Below, in pieces: positions 33,373 to 43,923 of a stretch of DNA of 64,000 nt (its first letter is position 1; each line of letters begins with the position of its first letter). The notes below the pieces were generated by a model. It ran no database searches. It was not told the DNA's origin and saw nothing but the letters and a program-made list of their open reading frames with translations. The stretch is from Alphaproteobacteria bacterium (GTDB taxonomy: Bacteria > Pseudomonadota > Alphaproteobacteria > MPNO01 > UBA830), in NCBI GenBank assembly GCA_965243135.1, contig OZ251539.1:864001-928000 (forward strand), given 5' to 3'. A program made the translations under genes and the position numbers.

Positions 33373-33990
33373 TTATTGCTGGCTGCGGATCAGGCGGTCC
33401 ATTTCCCGCCGTTCGCTTTCGTTGTAGCCGGGTTTGGGGGGCGTCTCCTTGGTCCGCGGCGTCAGCAGCGTCCGGTAGGCCTCCTCGCGGTCCGGTCCCG
33501 GCATCGGAACGAATCCCCAGTCCGAAGGCGCGAGCGACAGCAGCGCGGCGGCGCCTCGCCTGACCAGAGGCAGCGTCCGCGCGTCCTTGTAGAACGCCGT
33601 TTCGTCGGTCATTTCCAGGACATTCTGGCTCAGGACGTATCCGCCGCAGACGATGACGGCGCCGATAGCGAGACCGCACAGCATGCCGAGGGTCCGGTCG
33701 AGCGCGCCGAACGCGCTTTTCCGCACGCTGCCCGCGACCGCGTGGCTCACCAGGGTGAGGACCACCATGGTGGACACGAACAGCGCGGCGGCGGCGGCGA
33801 CGTCGGCGATGAGTCCAGGACCGATCCAGTCCCGGGCGAAGGGACGCGCGTAGGAGAAACCGTATATCGTCGCCAGGGAGGCTCCGACCCAGCCGCCGAG
33901 TCCGAGCACGACCCGCGCGAGGCCCAGCCGCAGCGCGACGACGCCGGAGAGGACGATCACGACCGCCGCCGCGATGTCCGCCGCGCTCAT
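33373..33990 (-). CDS. cvpA: CvpA family membrane protein
   Basis: Four TM helices; LDRTLGMLCG; lies between radA and purF. Confidence 0.88.
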   Translation of the reverse strand: MSAADIAAAVVIVLSGVVALRLGLARVVLGLGGWVGASLATIYGFSYARPFARDWIGPGLIADVAAAAALFVSTMVVLTLVSHAVAGSVRKSAFGALDRTLGMLCGLAIGAVIVCGGYVLSQNVLEMTDETAFYKDARTLPLVRRGAAALLSLAPSDWGFVPMPGPDREEAYRTLLTPRTKETPPKPGYNESERREMDRLIRSQQ

Positions 33991-35339
33991 GCGCAGGCCT
34001 CCGCCCCGGCGCTTTCGAACCGGGACATCATGTCGCGCAGGCTTCTCGTTTCGACGACTTTCAGTCCCGGCGGCCCGTCGGCTCCGCGCCGGGAGCAGGG
34101 CGTCCAGGCCGCGTCGAACCCGAGCTTGGCGGCTTCCCTCAGGCGCAGGTCCGTTCGGCTGACCGATCTGATCTCGCCCGAAAGGCCGATCTCTCCGAAA
34201 ACGACGGTGTCCGGCATCGCCGTCCGGTCGAGGGCGGCCGACGTCAGGGCGGCGGCCGCCGCCAGATCGGCCGCGGGTTCCGTTATCCGCAACCCGCCGG
34301 CCACGTTGAGGTAGATGTCGCGGCCGGACAACGTCAATCCGCATCTGGTTTCGAGAACCGCAAGGACCATCGCGAGCCGTCCCGAATCCCATCCGATCAC
34401 CGCGCGCCGCGGCGTTCCCGGCACGGACGCGCCGACCAGCGCCTGGATTTCGACGAGAACGGGACGGGTTCCCTCGATGCCGGCGAACACGGCCGTGCCC
34501 GCCACGCCTTCCTGGCGGTCCGCCAGGAACAGCTCCGACGGGTTGCCGACCTGCGCCAGGCCGCTGCCCGTCATCTCGAACACGCCGATTTCGTCCGTCG
34601 GCCCGAACCGGTTCTTCGTCGCCCGCAGAATCCTGAACCGATGACCGCGGTCGCCCTCGAAATAGAGGACCGTGTCGACCATGTGCTCCAGCATGCGCGG
34701 CCCCGCGATCGCGCCCTCCTTGGTCACGTGACCGACCAGCACCAGACTGAAGCCGCGCCGCTTCGCAAGGCGAATCAGCATGTCGGCCGAACTCCGCACC
34801 TGCGAGACGGTTCCCGGCACGGAATCCAGAGAATCAAGATACATCGTCTGAATCGAATCGACGATCACCAGGCGGGGCGGCGACGGCTTGTCGAAGGTGG
34901 CGGCGACGTCGCGAACGGAAGTCGCCGCCGCAACGCGCGCGGGCGCCGTCGACAGCCCCAGCCGGCGCGCCCGCATGCGGACCTGGTCCACCGACTCCTC
35001 GCCCGAGACGTAGGCGCATTCGGCGCCGCTCGAAATCGCGCCGGCGACCTGCAGCAGCAGCGTCGACTTGCCGATGCCGGGGTCGCCGCCGAGCAGAACC
35101 GCGGATCCAGCGACCAGGCCGCCGCCCGCCGCGCGGTCGAACTCCTGGATGCCGGATGCCAGCCGCGGGAGGTTGCCCTCGTCGCCGTCGAGGGCGGCGA
35201 GGGGAATTTCCCGGCCGCCCGAAGGCCTGTCGCCTGCCTCCGCGATCGTGTTCCAGTCGCCGCAGGAGTCGCACTGTCCTTGCCACTTGCGGTAGGCGGC
35301 GCCGCAGCTTCTGCAGGCATGGCCGGGCGCCGCGGTCAC
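33987..35339 (-). CDS. radA: DNA repair protein RadA/Sms
   Basis: C4 zinc finger, GDPGIGKST, KNRFG and Lon-like C-terminal domain. Confidence 0.96.
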   Translation of the reverse strand: MTAAPGHACRSCGAAYRKWQGQCDSCGDWNTIAEAGDRPSGGREIPLAALDGDEGNLPRLASGIQEFDRAAGGGLVAGSAVLLGGDPGIGKSTLLLQVAGAISSGAECAYVSGEESVDQVRMRARRLGLSTAPARVAAATSVRDVAATFDKPSPPRLVIVDSIQTMYLDSLDSVPGTVSQVRSSADMLIRLAKRRGFSLVLVGHVTKEGAIAGPRMLEHMVDTVLYFEGDRGHRFRILRATKNRFGPTDEIGVFEMTGSGLAQVGNPSELFLADRQEGVAGTAVFAGIEGTRPVLVEIQALVGASVPGTPRRAVIGWDSGRLAMVLAVLETRCGLTLSGRDIYLNVAGGLRITEPAADLAAAAALTSAALDRTAMPDTVVFGEIGLSGEIRSVSRTDLRLREAAKLGFDAAWTPCSRRGADGPPGLKVVETRSLRDMMSRFESAGAEACA

Positions 35340-36082
35340 GGCCGCTCCGGCGGGCGGCCGCGAACGAAACCGTCGACGACCGCGTTGCCGCTGTTCCCGG
35401 CTTCGTCCACGCCTCCCGTCCAGATCGCCGCGCCTTCGTGAAGCATGACGATCCGGTCGCCGATCCGGCGGGCGCTTTCCATGTCGTGCGTGATGGTGAG
35501 CGCCGCCGCTCCCAGCTCCCGAACGCATTTGACGATCAGGCGGTCGACGATGTCTCCCATGAGCGGGTCGATCCCGGTCGTCGGCTCGTCGAAGAAGAGG
35601 ATTTCGGGCCGGGACGCGATCGCCCGCGCGAGGCCGACCCGCTTCTGGGCGCCGGCGGAAATCTGGGCCGGATAACGGTCGGCGGCGTCCGCGCCGAGAC
35701 CCACCTCCGCCAGCAGTTGGACGGCCAGCCGCCGCGCCTCCGAACGGCCGTGGAGCGGGGCGAGCCGGAACGCGACGTTTTCCCAAAGGGTGAGGGAATC
35801 GAACAGCGCCGCGCCCTGGAAGAGCATTCCGATCTTCCGGTTGACGCGATCGCGCGCGGCGCCGGACGCGCCTGCGATTTCGACGCCGTCGAGACGGATG
35901 GAGCCGGAATCCGGGGCGAGGAGCCCGACCACGGTCTTGATCAGGACGGACTTCCCGGTGCCGGACGCGCCGATGACGACGAGGCTTTCGCCGTCCAGCA
36001 GGTCGAGGTCGAGGCCGCGCAGCACGCGCTTGGGGCCGAAGGATTTCTCGAGCCCGCGGATCTCGATCCTGGCCTTCGTCAT
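35336..36082 (-). CDS. mlaF: MlaF/Ttg2A-type ABC ATP-binding protein
   Basis: GASGTGKS, LFQGAALFDSL and FFDEPTTG; the signature reads ISAGAQKR. Confidence 0.88.
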   Translation of the reverse strand: MTKARIEIRGLEKSFGPKRVLRGLDLDLLDGESLVVIGASGTGKSVLIKTVVGLLAPDSGSIRLDGVEIAGASGAARDRVNRKIGMLFQGAALFDSLTLWENVAFRLAPLHGRSEARRLAVQLLAEVGLGADAADRYPAQISAGAQKRVGLARAIASRPEILFFDEPTTGIDPLMGDIVDRLIVKCVRELGAAALTITHDMESARRIGDRIVMLHEGAAIWTGGVDEAGNSGNAVVDGFVRGRPPERP

Positions 36083-36852
36083 TGGGCGAAGAACGCTTCG
36101 GTGATGACGTAGTTGGAGGCGAGGATCAGAATGGACGCGGAAACCACGGCGTTCGTGGTGGCGGCGCCCACGCCTTGCGCCCCGCCGCGCGAATGGTAGC
36201 CGTGGTAGCAGCCCATGAGAGCGATCAGGAACCCGAAGACCGCCGCCTTCACGAGGCCCGACGCCACGTCGGCCGTTTCGAGAAACCGGAAAGTGTTTTC
36301 GATGTAGACGCCGCCGTTGAACGACAGCTTGTGCACGGAAATCAGGTAGCCGCCGAACACGCCGATGACGTCGGCCACCAGCACGCAGCAAGGCAGCATG
36401 ATCGTCCCCGCCAGCAGGCGCGGGGCGACCAGATACTTGTAAGGATTGGTGGACAGGGTCGCGAGCGCGTCGATCTGCTCGGTGACCCGCATCGTGCCGA
36501 TCTCCGCCGCCATGGCGGCGCCGATCCGGCCCGCCACCATCAGTCCCGCCAGCACGGGAGCGAGTTCCCGGGTGACGGAGAGGACGACGACCGTGGCCAC
36601 GGCGCTTTCGGCGTTGAACCGGGCGAAGCCGGTGTAGCTCTGCAGCGCGAGCACCATTCCGGTGAAGACGGCCGTGAGGCCGACCACGGGCAGCGAGTAG
36701 TAGCCGATGTCGAGGACCTGCCGCAGCAGGAGGCGGGGATAGAAGGGCGGCCGGAAGACGTGGCTGACGCCGGCGCCCGCGAACAGCGCCAGCCGTCCGG
36801 TGGCCGCCAGGAAGGCGAGAAAGACGCGTCCGACGGCGGCGACGAAGTTCAC
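36079..36852 (-). CDS. mlaE: MlaE family ABC permease
   Basis: RELAPVL, AEIGTMRVTEQIDAL and GGAQGVGAATT. Confidence 0.92.
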   Translation of the reverse strand: MNFVAAVGRVFLAFLAATGRLALFAGAGVSHVFRPPFYPRLLLRQVLDIGYYSLPVVGLTAVFTGMVLALQSYTGFARFNAESAVATVVVLSVTRELAPVLAGLMVAGRIGAAMAAEIGTMRVTEQIDALATLSTNPYKYLVAPRLLAGTIMLPCCVLVADVIGVFGGYLISVHKLSFNGGVYIENTFRFLETADVASGLVKAAVFGFLIALMGCYHGYHSRGGAQGVGAATTNAVVSASILILASNYVITEAFFAQ

Positions 36853-37922
36853 GGCAGGTAGCGCCGCTCGTAGCGGCGGCCCAGCGCGGTCAGGATTTCG
36901 TATCCGATCGTTCCGGCTTCTTCGGCCAGATCGTCCACCGTGTGGCGGTCGCAGATCAGGTCGATATGGGCGCCCGGCCTGGCGGCCGCCTCGGGAACCC
37001 TCGAAACGTCGAACGTGGCGAGATCCATCGAAACAACACCTGCCACGGGCACTTTCACTCCGTCGAGATATCCGTGACCGCGATTGCCGAGCGATCGAAG
37101 GTAGCCGTCCGCGTAGCCCGCCGCCACGGTGGCGAGCCGCGCGCCCTTCGGCACCCGGCAAGTCGCATCGTAGCCTACCGTCATGGCGCTTTCAACGACC
37201 CGCACCTGCAGAATCCGAGCCTTCAGCCGCGCGACCTGGCGCGTCTTGCCGCCGATGCCGAAGAGCGCCGCGCCCGGCCGGGTCAGCTGGTAGCGATACG
37301 CCGGTCCGAGAAAGATTCCCGCCGAATTCGCGAGCGAGGCGGGGGCCGCGGGAAGCGCGCCGCGCAACTCGTCGAACAGACGCCGCTGGCGTTCGTTCAT
37401 CGGATGGTCGGGTTGGTCCGCGCAGGCGAGGTGGCTCATCACGAAGTCGACGTCGAGGCCGCGCAGCGCGTCCCGTTCCAGCGACCGCGCTTCCGCCGGC
37501 GTCAGGCCGAGCCTGGCCATGCCGGTGTCGACGGCGAGGATCGCGCGCCGTGCGGCGCCCGCGTCGCGGGCGCGGGCGCTCCAGAGCGCGATGTCCTCTC
37601 GCGTGTTGAGCACGGGAATCAGCCGGCCGGCCTCGCAGGCGTCCGCGCCTTCCGGGCAGGCGAGTCCGTCGAGGAGGTAGATGTCGGCGGATTCGCCGAG
37701 CGCCGCCCGGAGGGCGAGGCCTTCGCCGGGGCGGGCGGCGAAAAAACGCCTGCATCCGGCCGCATGCAGCGCCCGCCCGACCTGCTCCAGACCCAGGCCG
37801 TAGGCGTCGGCCTTGATCATTCCGGCGCATTCCGCCGGTCGCGAGCGGTCGCGAAGCGCGCGCCAGTTCGCGGCGACGGCGGCGAGATCTACGGTGAGGA
37901 CGGCGTGGCGCGGCGCGTTCAG
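36849..37922 (-). CDS. alr: Alanine racemase (probable CTG start)
   Basis: VDLAAVAANW upstream of IKADAYGLG; DTGMARLG, SHLACAD, GYADG and SMD. The start position is inferred. Confidence 0.94.
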   Translation of the reverse strand: MNAPRHAVLTVDLAAVAANWRALRDRSRPAECAGMIKADAYGLGLEQVGRALHAAGCRRFFAARPGEGLALRAALGESADIYLLDGLACPEGADACEAGRLIPVLNTREDIALWSARARDAGAARRAILAVDTGMARLGLTPAEARSLERDALRGLDVDFVMSHLACADQPDHPMNERQRRLFDELRGALPAAPASLANSAGIFLGPAYRYQLTRPGAALFGIGGKTRQVARLKARILQVRVVESAMTVGYDATCRVPKGARLATVAAGYADGYLRSLGNRGHGYLDGVKVPVAGVVSMDLATFDVSRVPEAAARPGAHIDLICDRHTVDDLAEEAGTIGYEILTALGRRYERRYLP

Positions 37923-39448
37923 AACGGCGTATCCCCGTAGGCGTCGTCGTCCCTGCGTCCGCCGCCGTAGCCTTCGTCTTCGAGATTGTCGAATCTGGTC
38001 GCTTCCGCGTGGAAGCGCAGAGGCACGGTTCCGGTGGGGCCGTGGCGCTGCTTGGCGATGATGATCTCCGCCTTCTTGCTCTCTTTTTCCATCTCGCTAT
38101 CCCACCATGCCTTTTTCCTGTTGAAGGTTTCCTGCGTTTCGCTCGGCTTTTGAAGCGGCTCCATCCGCTGCAGGTAGTATTCCTGCCGGAATATGAACAT
38201 CACGACGTCCGCGTCCTGTTCGATCGTCCCGGATTCCCTCAGATCCGCGAGCAGCGGCCGCTTGTCCTCGCGCTGTTCCACGGCGCGGCTCAGCTGGGAC
38301 AGCGCCAGCACGGGAATGTCGAGTTCCTTGGCCAGGGCCTTGAGGCCGCGCGTTATCTCCGCAACCTCCTGAACCCGGCTCGGATCGCGGGTCGGGGCCT
38401 GAACCAGTTGCAGGTAATCGACGATGATCAGGCCGAGGCCCTGCTGCCGCTTCAGGCGCCGCGCCCGGGTGCGCAGCGCCGAGATCGTCAGCGCCGGCGT
38501 GTCGTCGATGTAGATCGGAGCCTTCTGGAGCCGCTGGCTGGCTTCCACCAGCCGGTTGAACTCCGCCTGGTTCAGTTCGCCCTTCCTTATCTTGTCGCTG
38601 GAAATCTGCGCGTTCTCCGCGAGGATCCGGGCGGCGAGCTGTTCGGCCGACATTTCGAGCGAGAAGAAGCCGACGACCGGGTTGTCGACGGGCGTCTCCA
38701 CGCCGTGCTCGTCGACGAAGGAAGCGTTGGCCGTGGCGATGTTGAAGGCGATGTTCGTCGCCAGCGCCGTCTTGCCCATGGACGGCCTGCCCGCGAGGAC
38801 GACCAGATCGGATTTGTGGAGCCCGCCGAGCATCTCGTCGAGCTTCCAGAATCTGGTCGGCAAGCCGCCGTATGCGCCGTCCCGCTTGCTGGCCGCGGCG
38901 GCCGTGTTGATCGCGCTCGTCAACGAATCGGCGAAACTGCGGAAACCGCCTTCGTAGCTGCCGTGCGTCGCGAGATTGTAGAGGCTCTGCTCGGCCGTCT
39001 CGATTTGCCGCGCCGCGCTGCCGTCGGGATCGTGGGAGTAGGCCTCGTTGACGACGTCGGTGCCGAGTTCGATCAGTTCGCGCCGCAGGTGCAGGTCGTA
39101 GATCAGCCGGCCGTAATCCTCGGCGTTTATGACGGTCAGGGTCGCGGCGGCCAGTTCGGCGAGATAGCGATGGCCGCCCATTTTCTCGAATTCGGCGGTT
39201 TCGAAGACGTGCCTCAGGGTCGTCGGATTGGCGAGCTGTCCGCGCTCGATCAGCCGGCTGCAGGCGTCGAAGATGCGGCCGTGCGCGGCGTCGGCGAAGT
39301 GCTCCGCGCGCAGGAACTCCGAAACGCGCTCGTAGGCGCCGTTGTTCTCGAGGATTGCGCCCAGCAGCCCCATCTCCGCTTCGAGATTGGCTGGCGGCTG
39401 GCGGTAATCCAGCTTTTCGTCGTTCAGGCTTCTGAGCGGAACGGCCAC
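37919..39448 (-). CDS. dnaB: Replicative DNA helicase
   Basis: GRPSMGKT, FFSLEMS, IVDYLQL, LSQLSR, LRESG and KQRHGP; no intein seen. Confidence 0.97.
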   Translation of the reverse strand: MAVPLRSLNDEKLDYRQPPANLEAEMGLLGAILENNGAYERVSEFLRAEHFADAAHGRIFDACSRLIERGQLANPTTLRHVFETAEFEKMGGHRYLAELAAATLTVINAEDYGRLIYDLHLRRELIELGTDVVNEAYSHDPDGSAARQIETAEQSLYNLATHGSYEGGFRSFADSLTSAINTAAAASKRDGAYGGLPTRFWKLDEMLGGLHKSDLVVLAGRPSMGKTALATNIAFNIATANASFVDEHGVETPVDNPVVGFFSLEMSAEQLAARILAENAQISSDKIRKGELNQAEFNRLVEASQRLQKAPIYIDDTPALTISALRTRARRLKRQQGLGLIIVDYLQLVQAPTRDPSRVQEVAEITRGLKALAKELDIPVLALSQLSRAVEQREDKRPLLADLRESGTIEQDADVVMFIFRQEYYLQRMEPLQKPSETQETFNRKKAWWDSEMEKESKKAEIIIAKQRHGPTGTVPLRFHAEATRFDNLEDEGYGGGRRDDDAYGDTPF

Positions 39449-39661
39449 GTCGATGTTCCCGCGATTGGATTCGATGCAAGCTACGCTCCCCGGACCGAAT
39501 CGGGGTGATTCTCGTCGACGTTCCGGCGCCGCCGGATGGGGAAACGGTGGACCGATTCCGGTTCGGCGCCGTTCGCTGTGGATAGCGTGGACGCCGGCGC
39601 TCCGCGCCGGGCCTCGACGTTCGGCGCGGAGCGGTTGCCCCTTGCCCGCGCGCGGCCGGAA

Positions 39662-40900
39662 TCAGGCGGCGAGGTCGTACCGGCGTTCCTTCGCCGCTTG
39701 CGCGCGTTCCCACTCGAACATGTAGTCGCGGGTCAGCGGCGCCGCTTCCAGGGATTTCGTCAGCTGCACCTGGAACACCATCAGGTTCTCGTGGCGGAAG
39801 CCCATTTCGCAGATGATCAGATAGAGTTCCCACATGCGGCAGAAGCGCTCGTCGTAGATCGCCGCGGCCTCGTCCCGGCGGGCGACGAACGCCTCGCGCC
39901 AAAGCCGCAGCGTCTCGGCGTAGTGCAGCCGCAGAATCTCGATGTCGGTGCAGAACAGGCCGGAGCGTTCGACGACGGGCGTAATCTCGGACAGCGCCGG
40001 GATGTCTGCGCCGGGAAAGATGTACTTCCGGATGAACGGGTTGATCGGCGCCGGGGTGTCGAGCCGGCCGATGGAATGCAGGATCGCCACGCCGTCGTCG
40101 GCAAGCAGGTCCCGGAGCTTGCCGAAGAATTCGGCGTAGTTGCGCTTGCCGACATGCTCGAACATGCCGACCGAGACGATGCGGTCGAAATTCTCCGTCA
40201 GTTCCCGGTAGTCCCGCAGGTGGAACCGGACGCGGTCGTCGAGCCCGGCCGCGCGCGCTCTTTCGTTGGCGACCCGGTGCTGTTCGGTGGACAGCGTGAC
40301 GCCGGTCACGCCGGCGTCGCAGAGGCCGGCAATGTACAGGCCGAGTCCGCCCCATCCCGAGCCGATGTCGAGCACGTTCAGCCCGTCGCGGTCGAGCAGC
40401 ATCTTGGAGGCGAGGTGCCGTTTCTTGTTGGCCTGCGCGGTTTCGATGTCGTCGTCGGGACTCATGAAGTAGGCGCAGGAATACTGGCGGTCGCGGTCCA
40501 GAAACAGGTCGTAGAGTCCGTCGGACAGATCGTAATGGTGGGCGACGTTCTTCCGCGCGGCGCCGATCGGGTTGTATTGCTTCACCTTGCGGCTGCCGAC
40601 GCCGATCCAGCGCAGCGCGTTCGCCAGCGGAAAGTTTTCGATGTTGCCGTAGTTGCGCGCCGCGAGTTCGATGAAGTCGTAGAGCGTGCCGTCCTCGATC
40701 TCGAGGTCGCCGTTCATGTAGGCTTCCGGCACGTAGAGCGACGGGTTCAGGGGGAGGATGTAATCGAGGCTGGCCCTCTTCAGCCGCACGGTGCAGGAAG
40801 GCGGCGAGCCGTCGCCGTGGACGCTCGCCCGGCCGGCGGCGTCGACGATGCGGACCGCGCCGGTCTTGATCGCGAATTTGATCAATGAGCTGAACAGCAT
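39662..40900 (-). CDS. cfa: Cyclopropane-fatty-acyl-phospholipid synthase family methyltransferase
   Basis: NVAHHYDL, QYSCAYF, LDIGSGWG, SVGMFEHVG and YIFPG. Confidence 0.92.
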   Translation of the reverse strand: MLFSSLIKFAIKTGAVRIVDAAGRASVHGDGSPPSCTVRLKRASLDYILPLNPSLYVPEAYMNGDLEIEDGTLYDFIELAARNYGNIENFPLANALRWIGVGSRKVKQYNPIGAARKNVAHHYDLSDGLYDLFLDRDRQYSCAYFMSPDDDIETAQANKKRHLASKMLLDRDGLNVLDIGSGWGGLGLYIAGLCDAGVTGVTLSTEQHRVANERARAAGLDDRVRFHLRDYRELTENFDRIVSVGMFEHVGKRNYAEFFGKLRDLLADDGVAILHSIGRLDTPAPINPFIRKYIFPGADIPALSEITPVVERSGLFCTDIEILRLHYAETLRLWREAFVARRDEAAAIYDERFCRMWELYLIICEMGFRHENLMVFQVQLTKSLEAAPLTRDYMFEWERAQAAKERRYDLAA

Positions 40901-41055
40901 GTTCCTTTCTCCACGCTGGCAGTCTGTCGTGTCGCCGAAAGAATAAGGCATTGCCGCCGCCGGTGGCAATTCCGCGTCGGCGGCTTCGTCGTCCGCCGCC
41001 GCGTGTTATTCTGAAGCGGACGGGAACGCCGCCCCTCGCGCTCGGGAGCCACTGA

Positions 41056-42618
41056 ATGCACGTCCAGCCAGACTCGATGACCGGCGCCGAGAGCCTGCTC
41101 GCGACGCTGCTCGCCTGCGGAGTCGACGCCTGCTTCGCCAATCCCGGCACTTCGGAATTGCATCTCGTCACGGCCCTCGAGAGCGAACCGCGCATTCGGT
41201 CGGTTTTGTGCCTGTTCGAAGGGGTGGCGACGGGCGCCGCCGACGGTTACGGCCGCATGAAGGGCAAGCCGGCGGCATCGCTCCTGCATCTCGGCTCGGG
41301 TTTCGCGAACGGTTGGGCCAATCTCCACAACGCCAGGAAAGCGAAGACTCCGGTCGTGAACCTGGTCGGCCAGCATTCCACCTCGCACTTGCCCTTGGGC
41401 GGCTCGCAGGTTTCCGATCTGGAGGGCGTGTCGGGTTCGATATCGGATTGGCTGAAGGCGTCGAATACGGCTTCCGAGGTGGGCGCCGACGCCGCCCGGG
41501 CGATCCGCGCCGCGGTCAGCAAGGGAGGGCAGGTGGCGACGCTCATCCTGCCCGGCGACGCGAGCTGGGAGGCCGGCGGGATCCCCGGCCGGCCGCTCGC
41601 GCCGGAACCGGCGAAGCAGGCGGCCGGCGACAGGATCGAGGAAGCGGCGCGCGTTCTGACCTCCGGCCGCCGCGCGGCCGTTCTGACGACCGGACCGTCC
41701 CTCGCAGGGGAAGGACGGGAAGCCTGCACGCGAATCGCGGCCGCGACCGGCGCCGCGTTCTTCTGTCCTTCGCTGTACCCTCGCATGGAGAGAGGCGCAG
41801 GGCGGATGGCGTTCCGCAGGGTTCCGGCCTGGGGGCAATCGGCGCTGGAAATTCTCGGCGAATTCGACGATCTCGTCCTCGTCGGGACGGAGTCGCCGAT
41901 ACTGGCCTTCGGGCACCCCGAATACGAAAGCGTTCTCGTGCCGGACGCCGTCCGGACGTTCCGGCTCGCCGGCCCGAAAGACGACGTGGCCGGGACGATG
42001 GCCGCGCTGGCCGACCGCGTCGGCGCGAGCGGCGTCGGCGGCGCGTCGCTGTGCGAGCGGACCGCGCCGAGCCTCGCCGAGGGACCGCTGACGGCGGAGG
42101 CGATCGGTCGCGCGATTTGCCGTTTCCTGCCGGAAGGGGCGATCGTTTCCGACGAATCCGGCACCGGCGGCGCGGCGGCGTATCCGCTGGCGGCCGGCGC
42201 CGCCCCGCACGACAGCCTGTACCTTACCGGGGGAGCCATCGGCCAGGCGCTGCCGGTCGCTCTCGGGGCGGCGATCGCGTGTCCGGACCGGAAGGTGCTG
42301 TGCCTGCAAGCCGACGGCGGCGGGATGTACACCCTTCAGGCGCTCTGGAGCATGGCGCGCGAGAGATGCGACGTCACCACGGTCATATTCTCCAACCGCG
42401 TCTACGGCATTCTGGTCCGCTCTCTCGGCCAGTACGGGATCGGAACGAACCGGGTGCCGGATTTGTTCGATCTGTCGAACCCGGATCTGGACTGGGCGCG
42501 ACTCGCGGAGGGCATGGGGGTGGAAGGGCATGTCTGCAATACGTCGGAAGACTTCAATCGCGTTTTCGAGGACTGCATCGGTCGCAAGGGACCGCAGTTG
42601 ATCGAGGCGGTGGTCTGA
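41056..42618 (+). CDS. Acetolactate synthase large subunit-like ThDP-dependent enzyme
   Basis: FANPGTSE, LFEGVATGAADGY and ADGGGMY...N (ThDP motif). The start may be 41077. Confidence 0.88.
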   Translation: MHVQPDSMTGAESLLATLLACGVDACFANPGTSELHLVTALESEPRIRSVLCLFEGVATGAADGYGRMKGKPAASLLHLGSGFANGWANLHNARKAKTPVVNLVGQHSTSHLPLGGSQVSDLEGVSGSISDWLKASNTASEVGADAARAIRAAVSKGGQVATLILPGDASWEAGGIPGRPLAPEPAKQAAGDRIEEAARVLTSGRRAAVLTTGPSLAGEGREACTRIAAATGAAFFCPSLYPRMERGAGRMAFRRVPAWGQSALEILGEFDDLVLVGTESPILAFGHPEYESVLVPDAVRTFRLAGPKDDVAGTMAALADRVGASGVGGASLCERTAPSLAEGPLTAEAIGRAICRFLPEGAIVSDESGTGGAAAYPLAAGAAPHDSLYLTGGAIGQALPVALGAAIACPDRKVLCLQADGGGMYTLQALWSMARERCDVTTVIFSNRVYGILVRSLGQYGIGTNRVPDLFDLSNPDLDWARLAEGMGVEGHVCNTSEDFNRVFEDCIGRKGPQLIEAVV

Positions 42619-42744
42619 GCCGATGAGCGCTCGCGGTTCCGGGCCGGGCGGAGTCGGCGTCGTCGGGACGACCGGACGGTCGGCCGTTCTTCGCCTTCTC
42701 CGCCGGCGGCTCGGTCCGCCGGCCGGCCGCGCCTTCGCGAAAGG

Positions 42745-43923
42745 ATGCCCGGCTTGTCGCGGCTAGGTTACGAGGGCGTCGCCGTCTGCGCCCCGGCGAC
42801 GATTCCCTACGCGCGCTACTCGATCAGGAGCGCCCACTGGTTTTGCGGGCGCGCTCTCGCGGAGTTGATCAAGGAGGCGGGCGTCGCGAAGGCCGATATC
42901 GACGGATACTGCGTTTCGAGTTTCACGCTCGCCCCCGACACGGCCGTCGGGCTGATGCAGTATCTCGGCGTTTCGCCGCGCTGGCTCGACCACATTCCGA
43001 TGGGGGGCGCGAGCGGCGCGGTGGCGCTGCGGCGCGCGGCCCGCGCCGTGCAGGCGGGCGACGCCGAAATCGTCGCGTGCATCGGCGGCGACACGAATCA
43101 CGTCGACACTTTCCGGCGAACGATCGCCACCTTCAGCCAGTTCGCCAACGATGCCGTCTATCCTTACGGTTCGGGCGGGCCCAATTCGAGCTTCGCCTTC
43201 CTGACCGACCATTACATGCGGGAGTACGGCGCGAGGCGCGAGGATTTCGGCCGGCTGTGCATCGCGCAGCGCAACAACGCGCTTTCCGTTCCGCACGCGA
43301 TGATGAAGCGCCCGCTGACCATGGACCAGTACCTGAACGCGCGCGTGATCGCCGATCCCTTGCGCCTGTTCGATTGCGTGATGCCGTGCGCCGGGGCCGA
43401 AGCCTGCCTCGTCACCACGACCGACAGGGCGAAGTCCCTGGGCCTCCCTTACGCGACGGTGCTCTCGACGATCGAACGCCATAACGCGTTTCCCGACGAT
43501 CCGATTCAGATCCGGGGCGGCTGGGCGCTGGACGCGGACGAGTTCTACGGGCAGGCTGGCGTCGGTCCGAAGGACATGGATCTTATGCAAGCCTACGACG
43601 ACTACCCGGTCATCTGCTTCATGCAGATCGAGGATCTGGGTTTCTGCGCCAAGGGAGAGGCTGGCGAATTCGTGCGCGGACGGGATCTGACGGCGGCCGG
43701 CGACTTTCCGTTCAACACCTGCGGCGGACAGCTCTCGGCAGGGCAGGCGGGCGCCGGAGGAGGCTTCATCGGCCTCGTCGAGACCGTGCGCCAGCTCACC
43801 GGGCGGACGGTCGGCGACAAGGTGGAGCGGGCGCGCCACGGCCTCGTTTCCTGTTTCGGCATGATCAACTACGACCGCGGCCTGTGCACGTCGGCCGCCA
43901 TTCTCGCCGAAAGCTCGCCGTGA
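42745..43923 (+). CDS. Thiolase family protein (SCP-x/Ltp2-like)
   Basis: LFDCVMPCAGA, YDDYP and NTCGGQLSAGQ; MGGASG in place of the catalytic Cys motif. Confidence 0.85.
   Translation: MPGLSRLGYEGVAVCAPATIPYARYSIRSAHWFCGRALAELIKEAGVAKADIDGYCVSSFTLAPDTAVGLMQYLGVSPRWLDHIPMGGASGAVALRRAARAVQAGDAEIVACIGGDTNHVDTFRRTIATFSQFANDAVYPYGSGGPNSSFAFLTDHYMREYGARREDFGRLCIAQRNNALSVPHAMMKRPLTMDQYLNARVIADPLRLFDCVMPCAGAEACLVTTTDRAKSLGLPYATVLSTIERHNAFPDDPIQIRGGWALDADEFYGQAGVGPKDMDLMQAYDDYPVICFMQIEDLGFCAKGEAGEFVRGRDLTAAGDFPFNTCGGQLSAGQAGAGGGFIGLVETVRQLTGRTVGDKVERARHGLVSCFGMINYDRGLCTSAAILAESSP

Noticed and set aside
37919-39448. Intein in DnaB
   Set aside because: 509 aa with contiguous helicase motifs.
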